64,000 nt of DNA from contig CDMY01000040.1 of assembly GCA_001179505.1 (NCBI GenBank), positions 62,001-126,000 on the forward strand. The letters run 5' to 3'. The position numbers were made by a program, and so were the translations under genes. Positions 12,230 to 25,344 of the stretch are shown here, piece after piece. Origin of the DNA: Vitrella brassicaformis CCMP3155 (taxonomy: Eukaryota > Protista > Chromerida). Each line of letters begins with the position of its first letter. Positions within the stretch are counted from its first letter, which is position 1. The notes under the pieces were generated by a model, which saw nothing but the letters and a program-made list of their open reading frames with translations, was not told the DNA's origin and made no database searches.

Positions 12230-12883
12230 TTCTGACACCCGACACATGACGGCTGGCAGACAGACGGGCAGTGTCAGTGAGAGACAAATGACGAAAATGA
12301 CGGTTGATAACGCATGAACGTCCAATGGTCACACGAGTCTATACAGCACGCAGAAAGGTGCCTCGCCCCAAAGCATGTTGTTGGTGTGCGTGATGACAAA
12401 CAGCGTAAATGACGACATGTGTGATGAGTGCGGACCTAAAGCGGACACGCTCTGCCTTAGGTGCACACACACAGACACACAGACACACTTCCACACACAC
12501 GCCAGCCAGACACACTCACTTATCCGCACCCCACGACCACATACACCTGTCTCAATATGGCCTGAAGAACCACATCAGGCAACCCACACAGACCGGCCGA
12601 TCACACCATAAGACTTCAGAACACACACTCGCCAGTACGAATATGGCCGTTCCACTGGCGAGTGTGTGTGTGCTGCATTCCTACGGTGTGATCGACCAAC
12701 CAACCACAAATCGCCGCTTCCAGTGCACACAGTTTGTGCATGTCTGAGGACTTGCTGATTGTGCATGAAAGGCACAAGCCTCCACACGACATGGCACACC
12801 CTCTTGCCCCGCCCATCACACCCCCATCCTGACTCAACTCACGACCCAGTATCACCATCACACCACACCGCCTCTGTAGCCAT

Positions 12884-13929
12884 TCATGATGCAGCTGATG
12901 CAATGATCCTCTCCACCTCCGCCGGCCAATCGAAACGAAGGGTCCCTCCGAGTGAGGGTGGCACGCTGTCTTTCCTCACAAACAGCCAGAAAGGCTCGTC
13001 GGATTGGTTGTCGTCTGGAGAATCAGTTTTGACAAAGTGCACCCGGTCCCTGATCTTCTTTGCGAGCAGCCCAAGCACGAAGTGGACGATGCTGCTGATG
13101 ACGGGGGAAGCCCGCAACACATACACACGCCGCAGCTTGCAGGGGAAGCTCTCCTTCCACATCATGACGCCTCTCTTGATGTCCGCCAGAGTGAAGTGGC
13201 GCAGCAGCCCCAATGTGATGCCGCCCACGTCGAACACGAGAGCGACGCCGTGCTGATGGCAGGCCGGATCATCCGTAAGCAGCTCCATCAGAAAGCAACC
13301 TGAAGAAAACGCACAGCAACGCAATGCAGACAGGCGAGGAAACACACACACAGCCATTGCAATAATGCATTGCCCGGCTGCTCATGCGTCCACTTACCCA
13401 TCTTCTGAAGGCTTTCGATGGAGATGCGCTGCTGGGGAGTGATGCGAGCGTTGATGCTGTCCAGTACCTTCCCGTTATACACGAGCATCGGCCGGCCATC
13501 AATGTCCCTGACGCATACCAAAGGAGACCAGACCAGATAGACCGACGGCATGTGTCTGCAATGGATTGCAGTGGTGCTCCTCCCCTCCGCATGTACCTTG
13601 TCGGTCATGTACCTTGTCGGTAGGATCCAGTGCAGCCCGCTGAGTAGAGCCGCCTTGACGTCCTCAGTGCACTCGATGCGATACGGCCACCCAGCTGAGT
13701 CGCGAAAGCGTGAGAAGTTCCGGGCCACAGTGGCGGCTTCTTGCTGGTGCCAGTCGCGGCACATCAGACACTTGCGCAGGAAGGAATCGGAGAGCACCAG
13801 CGGCTCCAGTTCAGCAGCAAGCTGGGCCACCCGTTGCTGCGCCTCATCTTCGTCTTTCGGTGGAATGGCGGCCTCCTTTGTCCTTGACGTGAGTGCGCTT
13901 TGCAGATAGTCCACAACGTCCTTCAGCAT
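12884..13929 (-). CDS. CRAL-TRIO (Sec14/alpha-tocopherol-transfer-like) lipid-binding protein
   Basis: CRAL-TRIO-N-like SDSFLRKCLMCRDWHQQEAA..FSRFR; RDIDGRPMLVY; GVALVFDVGGITL..ESFPCKLRRVYVL..LLAKKIRDRVHFV..VPPSLGG, all typical of the fold. Three exons. Confidence 0.85.
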
Positions 13930-14930
13930 TGCTTCACACAAAAAAATGGGATGAAAGAAAAACTTGATTCACGCGTCTGTACAGATGCCAGTGTGGCTCA
14001 CCTCGTTCCAAAGCATCTCCCGCGTGCGAGATCTTCCTCTTCCTCACTGTGCGAGCTCAAATGCCAAGCTCGCAGTGAGGATTTCTCCAGCTGGAGTTGA
14101 ATTCAGGGCGTTGAAGACCGCCCTTTAGCCTGTCGGCATGGGAAGTGGCTGCCTAGCCTCCCCATGAGCTTCAGACGTGCATCTGTTTTGTCGAATCCTG
14201 AGAAGCCCCGCTGACGAGGCCCTCGCTGTCCGGGGGTCTGTGAGGCAGCGCTTGGAGGACGTGCATTGGACGGTGGCGACGAGACGCCGTGTCTCTCTCG
14301 TGCGCTTCGTGAGAGACGTTGCGCGTTGACGGTTGGTGGCTGCCCGGCACTCGCGACCTTCGGCGCATCGCTGGGAGGACGGCAACGCCTCCCTTTGGCC
14401 GGTGTCAGACGGCGGGAGAGGCCCTCTTCGCTGCGTGATCGGTGAGCAGATGCACGAAGGGAGGGATGCATGCATTGCGTGGTTGAGGTTGTCGTGTGGG
14501 TGCTGCACGGCCGTGTGGATGTGGTGTGGTGGTTGTTGAAGAGGTGCCTTGATGGATGGATGCTGTATTGGCTGTTTGGGTCTCTGTGCGTGTGTGAGGT
14601 TGCAGGCAGTATAGAGATCTTTGTTGAGAACCCGAGAACCTCACAAGGAGCTGGCAACAAGCGGCTTCAGACAGCGGTGAGTGGCCGATCGGCTGCTCGT
14701 GTGGTGTGCGCATGCCCTCTGTTCATTTTGGGTGTGTTGGTGTCTATTGTGTGCAGATCTGTCGGACACGAGTCTCCCTGCCAGAGATCCCGTAGCGCAT
14801 CGCATTCTCCGATCAGTCATCAGGTATGCGAACCTCCCCGCTCAAGCCAACATGCACCGCCTCTTGTCGAAATGCATCCCTCCATTCGCTTCTGTGTTGT
14901 TCTCTCAGATCGCTTAGGTTTTGTCCCACC

Positions 14931-17900
14931 ATGTTCGACGATTCGAATGACGACCCAGCCCCTGCCCCTGCCCCTGCCCCTGCCCCTGCTGCTGCTGCGG
15001 CGGCAGCTGCACCCGCTACCAACACCAATACCAACCAGGACGCCATGTCGGCCGACTTTTTGCCGCGCGAGCTCATCTTCTACTCGTTCGAGTTCGCCCA
15101 CTCGATTGACGTCATCAAGTGCGGGCGCGTCAACCAGCTCTTCCGCGAGCTGACCAACGAGACGCGGGCCTACCGTCTGCTGTCGATCGGCAAGGAGACG
15201 GCGTGGACCAAGCTCAACGAGACCATCATCGACTCGCTCCGTCCCCGGCTGACTCAGACGGTGGAGATCCAGGTGCGGCGGGAGGGCGAGGCGCTGTCCA
15301 GCAACCACCTCGGCACCATCATCGAGATCCCCACCACCACACTCGAGAACCTCACATTCATCGGACCATGGAGGGAGAGTGACACGCGACCCCCACCCCA
15401 CCCCCCACACGACTACGACGGGCCACTCGACTGGTTCGGCCGCCGCGGCATGTACGACGCAGGCCCTGGCGTCGGCCCGCCGCACCCATTCCACCACATG
15501 CCCGGCATGGGCCGAGCCATGCGCCATGGCCCGGTGGGCGGGGCCACACTCACCATCACCGGACCGGGCGGCAGAGGCCAGGCCGCTGCGGCCGGCGGGG
15601 CTGCTGCCGCCGCAGCTCAGACACAGACACAGACAGGCGGGGCCACACAGACCACCGTCGTGACATCGTCGACCACCGGTGCACAGACGTCGGGAGCGGC
15701 GGCTGCAGCAGCGGTGAGCAGTGCGGGTGCCGCGTCGGCCCCTGCGACCAGTGGGCCGACCGCCTCCCCCCCTCCACCCCCTCCCCAAAGCGGACCAGGC
15801 CCCATCAGCCCCTTCGCACCTATGTCCGCGGCCGCGGCGGGGATAATCAACACATCAACACCATCGGGTGCGTCGGGTGCATCCAGTGCGGTGGCCAACA
15901 ACACGTCGAGCAGTGCGGGTGCGGTCAATGCGACCACGAGTGCCACCACGAGCGGCGCCGTAGGCGTGGCGGTGACGGTGTCGGCGGGTCCCGCCTCCGC
16001 GGGTCCAGCGCCGCTCACGAGCAGAGCAGTGTGGATGGACCGTCATGGGGGCGAGCGGGTCCGCATGGGAGGGCCCTTCATCCCTCGTCTGCGCGATCGC
16101 GATCGCGATGGGCGCGCCAGCGATGGGCCGGCTGCGACACCAGCAGCAGCAGCTGCGGCAACGGTGGGAGGGGGCGGGGGTGCGGTTGGGCGGCAGGCAG
16201 CGGGCGGCGGTGCAGCCGCGGCTGCTGCTCCTTCTGCTTCTGCGTCTGCTTCTGCGTCTGGGACCGCCACCGCGACGGAAGAGAAGCAGCCGGTGGTGTT
16301 CAGCAGCCTCCGTTGCGTGCAGATCGGTGACTCGGGTGAGGGCTGCTCGCAGTGCGTGCCGCTGGCCCTCGACCGTCGGTGGCAGCTGACGGCACTGGAG
16401 GTGCTGATCATCATGGGCGACTCGCCACGCAACGAGCGCCTGGAGCGGTGGACGGCCTGGGTGCGCCACACCAAGAAGCTGCGCGAGCTGGTGCAGCATC
16501 TGCGGGACTCGCACCTTCTGCACGCGCTGCTCGAGGCGGCGGCGTCGCTGGATGACCTCACGACCATCGACGTGCCCAGCCCCAATCGGCTGAGCCACGA
16601 GGCCGTGGAGACCATGGCGACCCGCCAGGCGCCCCTGCAGACGCTGCGGGTGCAGAGCGTCAATACGCGCATGCCCGACCACCGGGATGGCATCAACTTC
16701 CTCAACAACCTGTGCACCAGATTCCAAACACAAGGTGAGCACGAGGGCCGGCGAGGGCTGCCAACAGATCCTTAGATCCACTCAAGTGTTGTCCTCTGTT
16801 GTTTGTCAGGTCGTCGTTTCGAGATAGTTTGCCCGAAGTTGCTGCTCGCGTTTGGGATGGACACCACCACAGCCGATCGCACGCCGTCGGGCGGTGGCGG
16901 TGGTGGTGGAGGGGGCGGAGGAGGCCCCAGGGGCCGCCTCACAGGCTTGCCACAGCCGCCTCCTCCTCCCCCAGCACCCACATTCCCATCACACCCACTC
17001 CCGGCACTCGGCAACTCCCCACCCGCACCAGCACTGCCCCCTGCGCCCCCCGCCAACGGCGCATCGCTCGTGTCCAACCCATCCCGTGCCGAGCGCCGCA
17101 GGGCCGTCCTAGACGACGAGGACTCGCCCACATCGTCACCCGACCGACGAGACTGGGGGTTCGACGTCCGGACGACTGGCGGTGCGGCGGGAGGGGCAGG
17201 GGGGCTGCGTGCTGGACCCCTCGGCCGTAGGAGCTGGCTGCGTCGGCGAGCTCGTCTGCGTGGCGCTGATGACCCGCCCTGGGTGATGGTGGGTGCCAGC
17301 CGTGTGGACAGGGACCGCGACGAGCCGCGGACGGAGAGGGACAGGGGCAACCGAGACATGGACGACATGGAGGAAGACTTCATTCCCAGGTTCGCCCGCC
17401 GAACCGCCAACTACACGGCCGGCAGTGGTGCCAACACCACTGGGGCGGCCGCGGCCGCGGCCGCAGCAGCAGCAGCAGCACCGGCTGCTGCACCGCTGGT
17501 CAGTCGCCCGGTGGGAGGCGGATCGTCTGCTGCTCAGGGGGGCCAGGTGGCCGTGAGTGGTGTGGCACAGGCAGGAGTGGCGCCAGTGACATCGTCGGCG
17601 GCGACTAGTGGGTCGGGGCAGGGGCGTGGGTCCCTCTTCGACGCCCTCTTCCCATCTGCAGCCCCGCGTAGCAACCCCCCTCCCCCTGCCCCTCCACCAC
17701 CCCCACCACCCGCTGCCAGCAACGCAGGGGCAGGACCGGCCGTTGCGGGCGCCATCACCAGCTCTGCGGCCGGTGTGTCATCGGACGCCGTCATGGCGCC
17801 AGCGGACTCGCCCCCTAGAGCTTCCCGTGTGAGTGGTCGGTTCGGTTCGCGTTTCTCCGGCCTGCTGCCCATGTCTACCCAGGGGGGCGACGAGGTGGCG

Positions 17901-20070
17901 CGGCCCCTCCGAGCGGGCGATCTGATGATGTCCCCTCCCCGGCTCCCGACAGAGGACCGCGCCGACGATGTAGACATGGCGGCGCCGTCGACCGACACGG
18001 TCATGGCCAGTGGAAGCGCCAGTGGGAGTGGTACCACCTCGGCAGCAGCAGCGGCCGCCGCGGCACCCAGCAGCATGTCCGTCACTAAGAGCGAGGAGGG
18101 CGACAGCAGCAACAGCAACAGCAACAGCAACAACAATGGCAGCAACAGAGGGGCGGGTGCGGGTGAGGTGGCGCGGCCCAGCCCGGCCGCCCGTCGCAGG
18201 TCTGGGGGCATCGTGGGGGCGCGTCGCGTCCGTCGCGATGAGGATGACGACTTTTTTGACGATGACGAGGACTTCTTCATGGGCCGATACCGGCGCGACC
18301 GCGACAGAGACCGAGACCGAGACAGGGACAGGGAGAGGGAGGATCGCGAGCGTTTGGGGATGCGGCGATTCATGGCGCGCATGGAGGACGAGGATGACGA
18401 CTGGTTCGACGCCATGGACATCGACGATCGCAGCCCCAGGAACGCCAGACCAGCCATGCCACCCCCACCCCCGCCACAGCAGACCGCGGGAGGTGCCACC
18501 CAGGGGCAGGCGGCCGCTGCGAGTGCGAGTGCCAGTGCCAGTCAGGGGGCCGCCACAACCACCAGTAGCGCAGCTGCAGCAGCGGCAGCTGCTGTCGCGG
18601 CACCGCAGGTCCCTGCGTCGGCCACGCACACAGCCATCTACCCGGGCCCCGTGCCTGTGCCGGGCCACTTCCTGCTGCTCAACACCAACCCACCGCCGCC
18701 ATTCCTCAACACACAGGTGGGTGGGTGGGTGGGTGGGTGAATCAGTGGCTGGATGGATGGATGTGGGTGGAACGAAATGAATAATGAGAGGCATGCATCA
18801 TCGATCCGATCATGGGCTGTCTGTCATTTTGTGTGCGTGTGCGCAGAATCCTGGTCCCCCTGTTCCGGGTGTGGCTGCCAACCCGCCCCCCATCCTCCCG
18901 GCGCCGCCCATCAACCAGCCCCCGGCCACGACCGTGGCGACGGCCAACGCTGCCAACCGCCCGCCGCCCATGTCTACGACTCGACAGCTGCGTTTCGTCA
19001 TCGAGAAGATGCCCCTCTTCGCCAAACACGCCAGCGAAGTGCGCGTCATCGCCACACCGCAGGTACCTTTGTTTGTATGGATGTCTGTCAGAAGATCGCC
19101 CACACGGATGGTCGCATACTTGACGTGTGTGGGGGGGTGTGATCACATCAGGGCACCGAGCGTTTGGTTGACGGTCGCCCTGAGGGTCGTGTGGTGTTCA
19201 CGCAGCTGGTGTCGATGACGGTGGAGTTCCCCATGACCCACCAGGGCTCCTACATCCTCGCCCCATCCATCGCCGAGGCCTTCTACCCCACACTCAAGAA
19301 ACTCACCATCCAGGGCGTCTGGGACAACAGCAACGGCCAGACGCGGCCACAGGGGGGCGGGGGAGGGGGAGGGGGAGGCGGCGGGGTCACATCTGCCTCT
19401 GACCGGTCGGTCAGTGGACAGGGGAGTGGTGACTCGCTGACGGCCATGGATGAGGGCCGCGCGTCGCCGTCGAGTAGCTCGTGGGACTGCGACGGGCTGC
19501 ACAAGCTGCTCATGGGGCTGTGGAACCTGGAGGAGCTGTCGTTCGGACGATTCCCGCCACCTGACCTGCAGGTCCGTACACACAACACAACAAGAGAGAG
19601 AGAGAGAATCCATCACTCTCACACACACGCCCATTCGGCTGTCTGTCGGTCTGTGTGCGACTTGGCGGATTGATCAGGTGACGATTTTGACGTCGTTCCG
19701 TCAGCCCAAGTTGAAGGTGCTGAGCCTGGTGACGAGCGAGAAGGACCTCGGGAAGCTCTGCGACGCCCTCGTGCAGGCCTCCAAGTCATCAGAAGACGGC
19801 GAGGGAGGCGGCCTGCCGGTCGTCCAGACCTTCCGCATCAACACCTACGAGCCGTACGTCTTCGACTCGGCCCTGCGGCTGCTGCCCGAGGTGCTGGCCC
19901 TGCCGTCAATGCGGCAGCTGCGGCGCCTGGAGTTTGCCGGCTCGCTGGTGGACAAGTGGAGCAACCGGCGTGAGCCGCTCATGGCGGTGCTGTTTGGGGC
20001 CGGCTTCATGCTGGCCGGCATCAGGTCGGGGCCCGAAGACGTCCGATGCGTCTCCTTTGTGCCCACATAG
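14931..20070 (+). CDS. Large F-box-like / LRR-like protein with very long Ala/Gly/Pro/Asp/Arg-rich disordered inserts, 5 exons
   Basis: Exons 14931-16734, 16810-18716, 18847-19062, 19152-19571, 19678-20070 join with GT-AG sites. F-box-like FLPRELIFYSFEFAHSIDVIKCGRVNQLF near the N-terminus. LxxLxL-type repeats (LRCVQI, LEVLII, LQTLRV, LKKLTI, LEELSF, LKVLSL, LRRLEF). Confidence 0.7.
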
Positions 20071-22146
20071 AAAGACATCAACCCTAAACAAGCTAGAGAG
20101 ATATGCTAGTGTGTAACGGAATGCATGTGGGCGTGTGGCTGGGTGCTCACTCCCTTGGCTGGCTGGCTGCGTGTGCTGGTGGTGTGTGGGGATGCCTGTG
20201 GGTGGCTGGGTAGCTCCTGGTGTCTACCTGCGTACGCACACGAAGGGCCGGGCAGGGCATTGTGTGGTGTGGCAGTGCAGTCAGTGGTCTCCTTTTTTGT
20301 CTCTGTCGGTCGCCCTGATCCCATCCATCCATCCCTGCTGGCTGAATTGTGTGGTGTGTGCTGTGTTGACGGGGTGGGGGGCGGGTCGGGGCGGATGCTA
20401 TGCTGCGGTGTGGTGTGGAGTGGGTTGGCGGGAGCAGTCCACTTGCATGGCGTATACGAATGGTCCAGTCAAGAGAGAGAGACGGTTTGTTTTCCTTTCT
20501 GCTATCTCCGGCGTGTTAATGTTTTTGCGGCATTTGTCGCCGACGGTCACTGAGAGACGAGACGGCAACGCAGCCGTCCGTTGCTGCGTGGCCCGGCTGT
20601 CGGCGAAAGGAGGCAGCAGCAGGGGACACAGCACAGCGCGGGACACAAAACATCAGCAGTGAGTGTACCTGGCAGTGTTTTCTCTCTTCTCTCTTCAACC
20701 AAGCGAGCAGTCGTGTATCTGCATGCCTTTTGTACTCACCAGACTCACCCCGACTCACTCACCTTTTTGCTCTGTGAGACGGGATGGATGCATGGATGGA
20801 TGGACGGATGGATGGATGAACCGGCCATGCTCTCTCCATCGAGGGACTCGACACGCGCCGCACCTCTCACACGCACGAGGGATCGATTTTTGGGACTCGA
20901 ACGAGCAGAGCAGTGAGATGGGTGGCTAGTGGGTACGGTAGGTACCGTCACGCTCTCACTGGGTTTCTTGCACACACACGCACACCACACATGGACGGAC
21001 CATGTCTTATTGCCGCTGTTGGCCTCATTTTAAGGGGCATTCTGCCGGCTGCATGCCTGCCTGCCTGTGTAATCCAATGGCTTGCCCCACTTTCTGGGTG
21101 TTCGTGTGCATCCCTGCCTGCCTGCCTGCGTGCTGACTCTTGCGTGCACCGTGCAGCAGTGGGCGACGGTAGAGATTGAGGGGTGGGGGAAGCAGGCGGA
21201 CACGGACTGACACACAGACAGGGGACGAATGAGTGAGCGACACTGCTTATGTGTGTGTGTGTGTGGAGGGGGGGGAGGGGGGGAGGAGTGTTTAATCAAT
21301 GAGTCTGTCCCTGGGGGCGAACGAAATGAGCACACCACACACAAACCTGCCTGCATATGAATATTTGTAACATGACTTAACATGATGGGATTGCCGAGCC
21401 TGCTGGCCGGAGCAATGCATTCGAGTGCCGTCTGGAAGGGGGTGAAGTCGGCCACGTCGATGGTCTGCTGCACCCCCTTGCCTTCGGCCGCGTGATGCAT
21501 CGCACCAACTGGCAGAGAGGCAGCCATCTCCACCTCTACTCTGTCTCGCTCTCCTAGTGCTTCTGTTCGCCTGCCTGCCCGCCTGTCTGCCTGTCCGATT
21601 TTCGTTGAGCGTACACAAATCTCTCTGTCCGCCACTCTCTCCCTATCCACCCACACACACGTGCTGGTTGGTTGGTTGGTTGGTCGAATGGATGTTCGGT
21701 TCGGTGGCCGGTTTGTCCTCTCTTATTCACCTCACTCACCGCGAGCCCAATGCAATGAATGCGTGTGTGTATGTGGTATGGTAGCGAGCCAGCCAGGGCA
21801 ACACGACACGACACAACACAACACAACAAGGCCCACGGTTCTCTCTCAGACCATTGTAGACTGTTTGTCTGAAAGTGTGGCTGCCTGTCTCTCTCTGTCT
21901 CTGTCTGCCAGAACGTGGTGCTGTTTAAACTGATGTGACGCATGATGGATGGATGGATGGCTGGATTGGTGTGAACTCAACAACCACAGTGAACCGCAGT
22001 GGCTGCATGCCATGCAGGCTGTCGTCATTTTGTGACACACCAAACGCAGCATAGCATTGAGGCGTCCGTTCACGCACCATGATAACACATGAAGTGCTCG
22101 CCGTCACCCACCCGCCACTCATCGCGCACACCTCATGTCATCAGCG

Positions 22147-22305
22147 ACGTTGAACAAGTTTGGCATGAATCGGTCATGACAGAAGGCCAGTCTGGTCAAG
22201 GGCTTCAACGAGCACCTCGGCAATGACGACTGCGGGTTCGAATGGCAGCAGCTGGGTTACGTCGACAAGACCACACGACTATTTGTGGCCCTGGGCATCG
22301 AGTGA
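22147..22305 (+). pseudogene. Isolated coding-like relic (C-terminal fragment of an unknown gene)
   Basis: Reads TLNKFGMNRS*QKASLVKGFNEHLGNDDCGFEWQQLGYVDKTTRLFVALGIE* with coding-like codon usage and an in-frame TGA at 22177-22179. No upstream exons found. Confidence 0.35.
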
Positions 22306-22653
22306 AGGTGTGATGTGGGAAAGGAGACGGGCCGGAGAAGGGCAACGTGTTTCGTGTGGCTGGCTGCCTGCGTGACTGACAGTTTTGATGAATGCACGGA
22401 GTGAAAGACGGGCCATCAGTGCATTGTGTCACCCAGGGAACACAACAAAAACGCAGAGGGGACGGCTTGTCGAGAAAAAGGCAAAATGCGTCCAATGTGT
22501 CTAATGTGTCCACAGATACATGTACACAACCACCGTCAGCACTCAACCACACACGACAAGCGACCGCTCTAATTACTACATGCTGCTCTAGACACACAGA
22601 CACGGTGAGAGACACCCCGCAAACAAATCCCGCCCCCCTCTCCCCTCTCTCAC

Positions 22654-23397
22654 TCACTGTCCCTTCTTATTGGCTCTCGCCTCGGCCACCTCCCGATTGA
22701 CGTGATGTGTGGCCTTCCAATACACGACGATCTGCAGCAGCAGCGTCCCATTGAGGCATAGCGCCGTCACGTGGCCCGTCAGCACAACCCAGTCGTCGAT
22801 CTGCGTCACCGTCGTGAACACTCTTGCCGCATTGCCGGCCGCCTGCATGCCCATCGTCAGCAAAGACAGCTCCCCTGTGTGCCCCTGCCGCAGGTTCCGG
22901 ACGATCTGCGGCAGCCGCGACGCCACTGAGATGGGTGTCGGGGCGAACCCCAGTATCGGCAAAGCTGAGTGGGGAAACGGCCCCTGGAGCACAAACGTGA
23001 AGAAGGCGGCGAGGACACAGGTCAGGGAGCCGCGAATGAGGTGGTGGCCGGGCTGGAAGGACCAGTAGAGCAGCACGAGCAGGATGCACTGGATGGTGAC
23101 GAAGGCCGACTCGCCCCAGTTGCTGATGGGATAGCCCTCGAGCACGTTGTAGCAGCAGTAGATGGCGTTGGCCAGCAGCTCGATGATAAAGGCCGCCTCC
23201 GACACCCCATGCACAGACTGGCTCTTGAGGATCCGCAGGATCTGCGGCACCTTGACAATCGTGGCACCGGCGATGACGCCGAGGCTGAGGCAGTTGGCGA
23301 CGAACTGCTTGGTGCAGTCGGTGTCCAGCTGCCCTGACAGCACCGTGTCCACGCAATGCTGACTTGTGAGGCCGAAGAAGGGCTTCTGCAGATCCAT
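22654..23397 (-). CDS. MPDU1: Mannose-P-dolichol utilization defect 1 (Lec35) homolog, PQ-loop membrane protein, single exon
   Basis: 247-aa ORF with two PQ loops (IVKVPQILRI, ASRLPQI), GYPISNWGE and TGELSLLT..GNAARVFTT, characteristic of MPDU1. Confidence 0.9.
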   Translation of the reverse strand: MDLQKPFFGLTSQHCVDTVLSGQLDTDCTKQFVANCLSLGVIAGATIVKVPQILRILKSQSVHGVSEAAFIIELLANAIYCCYNVLEGYPISNWGESAFVTIQCILLVLLYWSFQPGHHLIRGSLTCVLAAFFTFVLQGPFPHSALPILGFAPTPISVASRLPQIVRNLRQGHTGELSLLTMGMQAAGNAARVFTTVTQIDDWVVLTGHVTALCLNGTLLLQIVVYWKATHHVNREVAEARANKKGQ

Positions 23398-23494
23398 AGC
23401 GACAGGTCACCCGCAGAATTCAACAGCCGACAATGCGCGTGAGGAAGATGAGACTCCCTCCTTTCCCCTTTCTCCCTTCGGCAGCAGTGGTTTC

Positions 23495-24207
23495 ATGGAG
23501 CACCCTAGGCCTTCCACTGCGAGCTTGGCTGCTTTTGCAATCGTTTCTTTTTTAAGCCGAATGACGGAGCATGGCACGAATACGTGGTGGCATTCGCCCT
23601 TTTCTTCGCTGATCTCATCTCTCCTGCCGTCGGACGATGCATCTCTGCCGCTTGGCCCTGCGGCACATGAGGCGGACCTCGACAGCGCCTCCACTCGAGA
23701 TACGGGGCGTTCCGCTGACCACGATCCGCCAACAGTGATCCATGATGCGCCTGAAAGAGATCTTTTCAGAGATCTGTGAGTGGCACAGACAGGACCAGAC
23801 TCATCCAGAGGTGTGTTTGTATGTCCGGCAGGTCTTTCGTCTCGTGTCTGTCGTATAGGAGTCTTTCGGGTGATGAAGGCGATGAAGGCGATGGATACTG
23901 GGACATCGACGACTTCATCTCGGTGTGCAGCGAAGGCGCCGCTCTCCAGATGCCGTCCGTCTGTCCAGCAAGGCAAGAACCACATCGCCTGTTCCCCTCT
24001 CCTGCTGGCGGGGAACGAACACGAGAGAGGCCCTGTGGCGATGCTGGGTCGTCCGACGCAGCCAGGAGCTCGTTCAAGATCCCCGCCATTGCTATCGACA
24101 CGAGTGACAGCTGCCTGGCTCTCCCGCCGGCCGAGCACGATGGATACGAGTCGCCTCTGTCGAGCGTCACTGTGCAGTCCGGTCAGTCAGCGAGAAGAAG
24201 AAATTGA
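23495..24207 (+). CDS. Possible hypothetical Ser/Asp-rich protein, divergent from MPDU1
   Basis: Two open segments (MEHPRPS..DLFRDL; SLSGDEGDEGDGYWDIDDF..) separated by a GTGAGT..TAG interval. No homology recognised. Confidence 0.3.
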
Positions 24208-25344
24208 AGAAGACACGCTAATGGACACATATTGTCGGTGTCGTCGTCACATGTCTGTGTCTGTTGCAATATGCAGCTCTTCCGCCCTTGGCTGCTTCCC
24301 CGTCTTCGCCTGCTGCTGTGCCCCTTCAGCCACGGGTCAAGAAGATGCAGCCGCGAAGGAAGAGCGAGAGGCAGGTAAGTAACGCTCACACGTACATGTC
24401 CAATGGATTCACACATGTCGAGTTGGTGTGTTGGTTCGTTTCGTCAGTCTTATCGCGCCCAGAATATTAATGGCTGTCGGCCGCCGAAGCACCCAGCAGG
24501 TGCGTGACGGAAGTGATGCGTAGACACACACATACGCATCACACGCACATGTGCTGCCTGCCTGCCTGTCTGGATGAGTGCATTCAGGGCCAGCGCCCGA
24601 CCCTCTATTTGTCATTCGGGGTCATGTGGCCGACAGGTGGGTCCCTGTGTGCGAGGGTGTATGTTTCTCTTCGCAACCACGTGTTGATGGCTTTGTGGTT
24701 ATGTGTGTCTGATGTGTCAGGTATTTGGATGCGTGTCGTGTCAAGCAGCGAGCAATGGGGATGGAGCTGACCAGCAAACCATGCTTCCCAATCGCCAACA
24801 TGGTATGTATGTATCTGCGTGTGCATCGCACAGACATGCATGGCCTGCGAGCATTCTTATGCCCTGTGTGTCTGTGTGTGTGTCTGTGTCTGTGTGAATG
24901 TGCAGTACACGCCGCGCATGGTCACGCATTCAACACACAGGCAGACAGGGAGACAGAGAGACATGTAGCGAATGTGTGTGTGTGTGTGTGTGTACTGCAG
25001 AGGCCTCTGATACCACCGACAGAGGAAGCGTCGCCCCCACCGATTGAGTTGTGTTCATCATCGCCATCCCCTGTAGCAGATGGATATCTGAGTGAATAAG
25101 TGATGGTGATGTGATGATGAATGCCCATCCGTCCATGTGTAGCTGAGTGTTGGTGTGAGTTCCTTTATCGACATGAGCGCGTTCGTGTGTGTAGCGTGTG
25201 CTAGTCAGTGGCTAGATGTGGGTGTGGTGAGCTGTATGGTGCATGGGGCGTGTGACTTTATCCATCACTCGGTGTTTATTTGTGGAGCATCGTGTCGATC
25301 AATGTCGGTCTGTGTGTCTCTCGCTCTCTCTCTTTGCCGATAGA

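Noticed and set aside
14820-18794. Several 200-340-aa minus-strand ORFs
   Set aside because: Shadows of the GC-rich low-complexity exons of the F-box/LRR-like gene; no domain-like content.
20560-20610. Short inverted repeat (gcaacg..cgttgc)
   Set aside because: Too short to be meaningful in GC-rich DNA; no terminator or ncRNA context.
22667-23410. 247-aa plus-strand ORF
   Set aside because: Antisense shadow of MPDU1; GC-rich coding DNA keeps opposite frames open.
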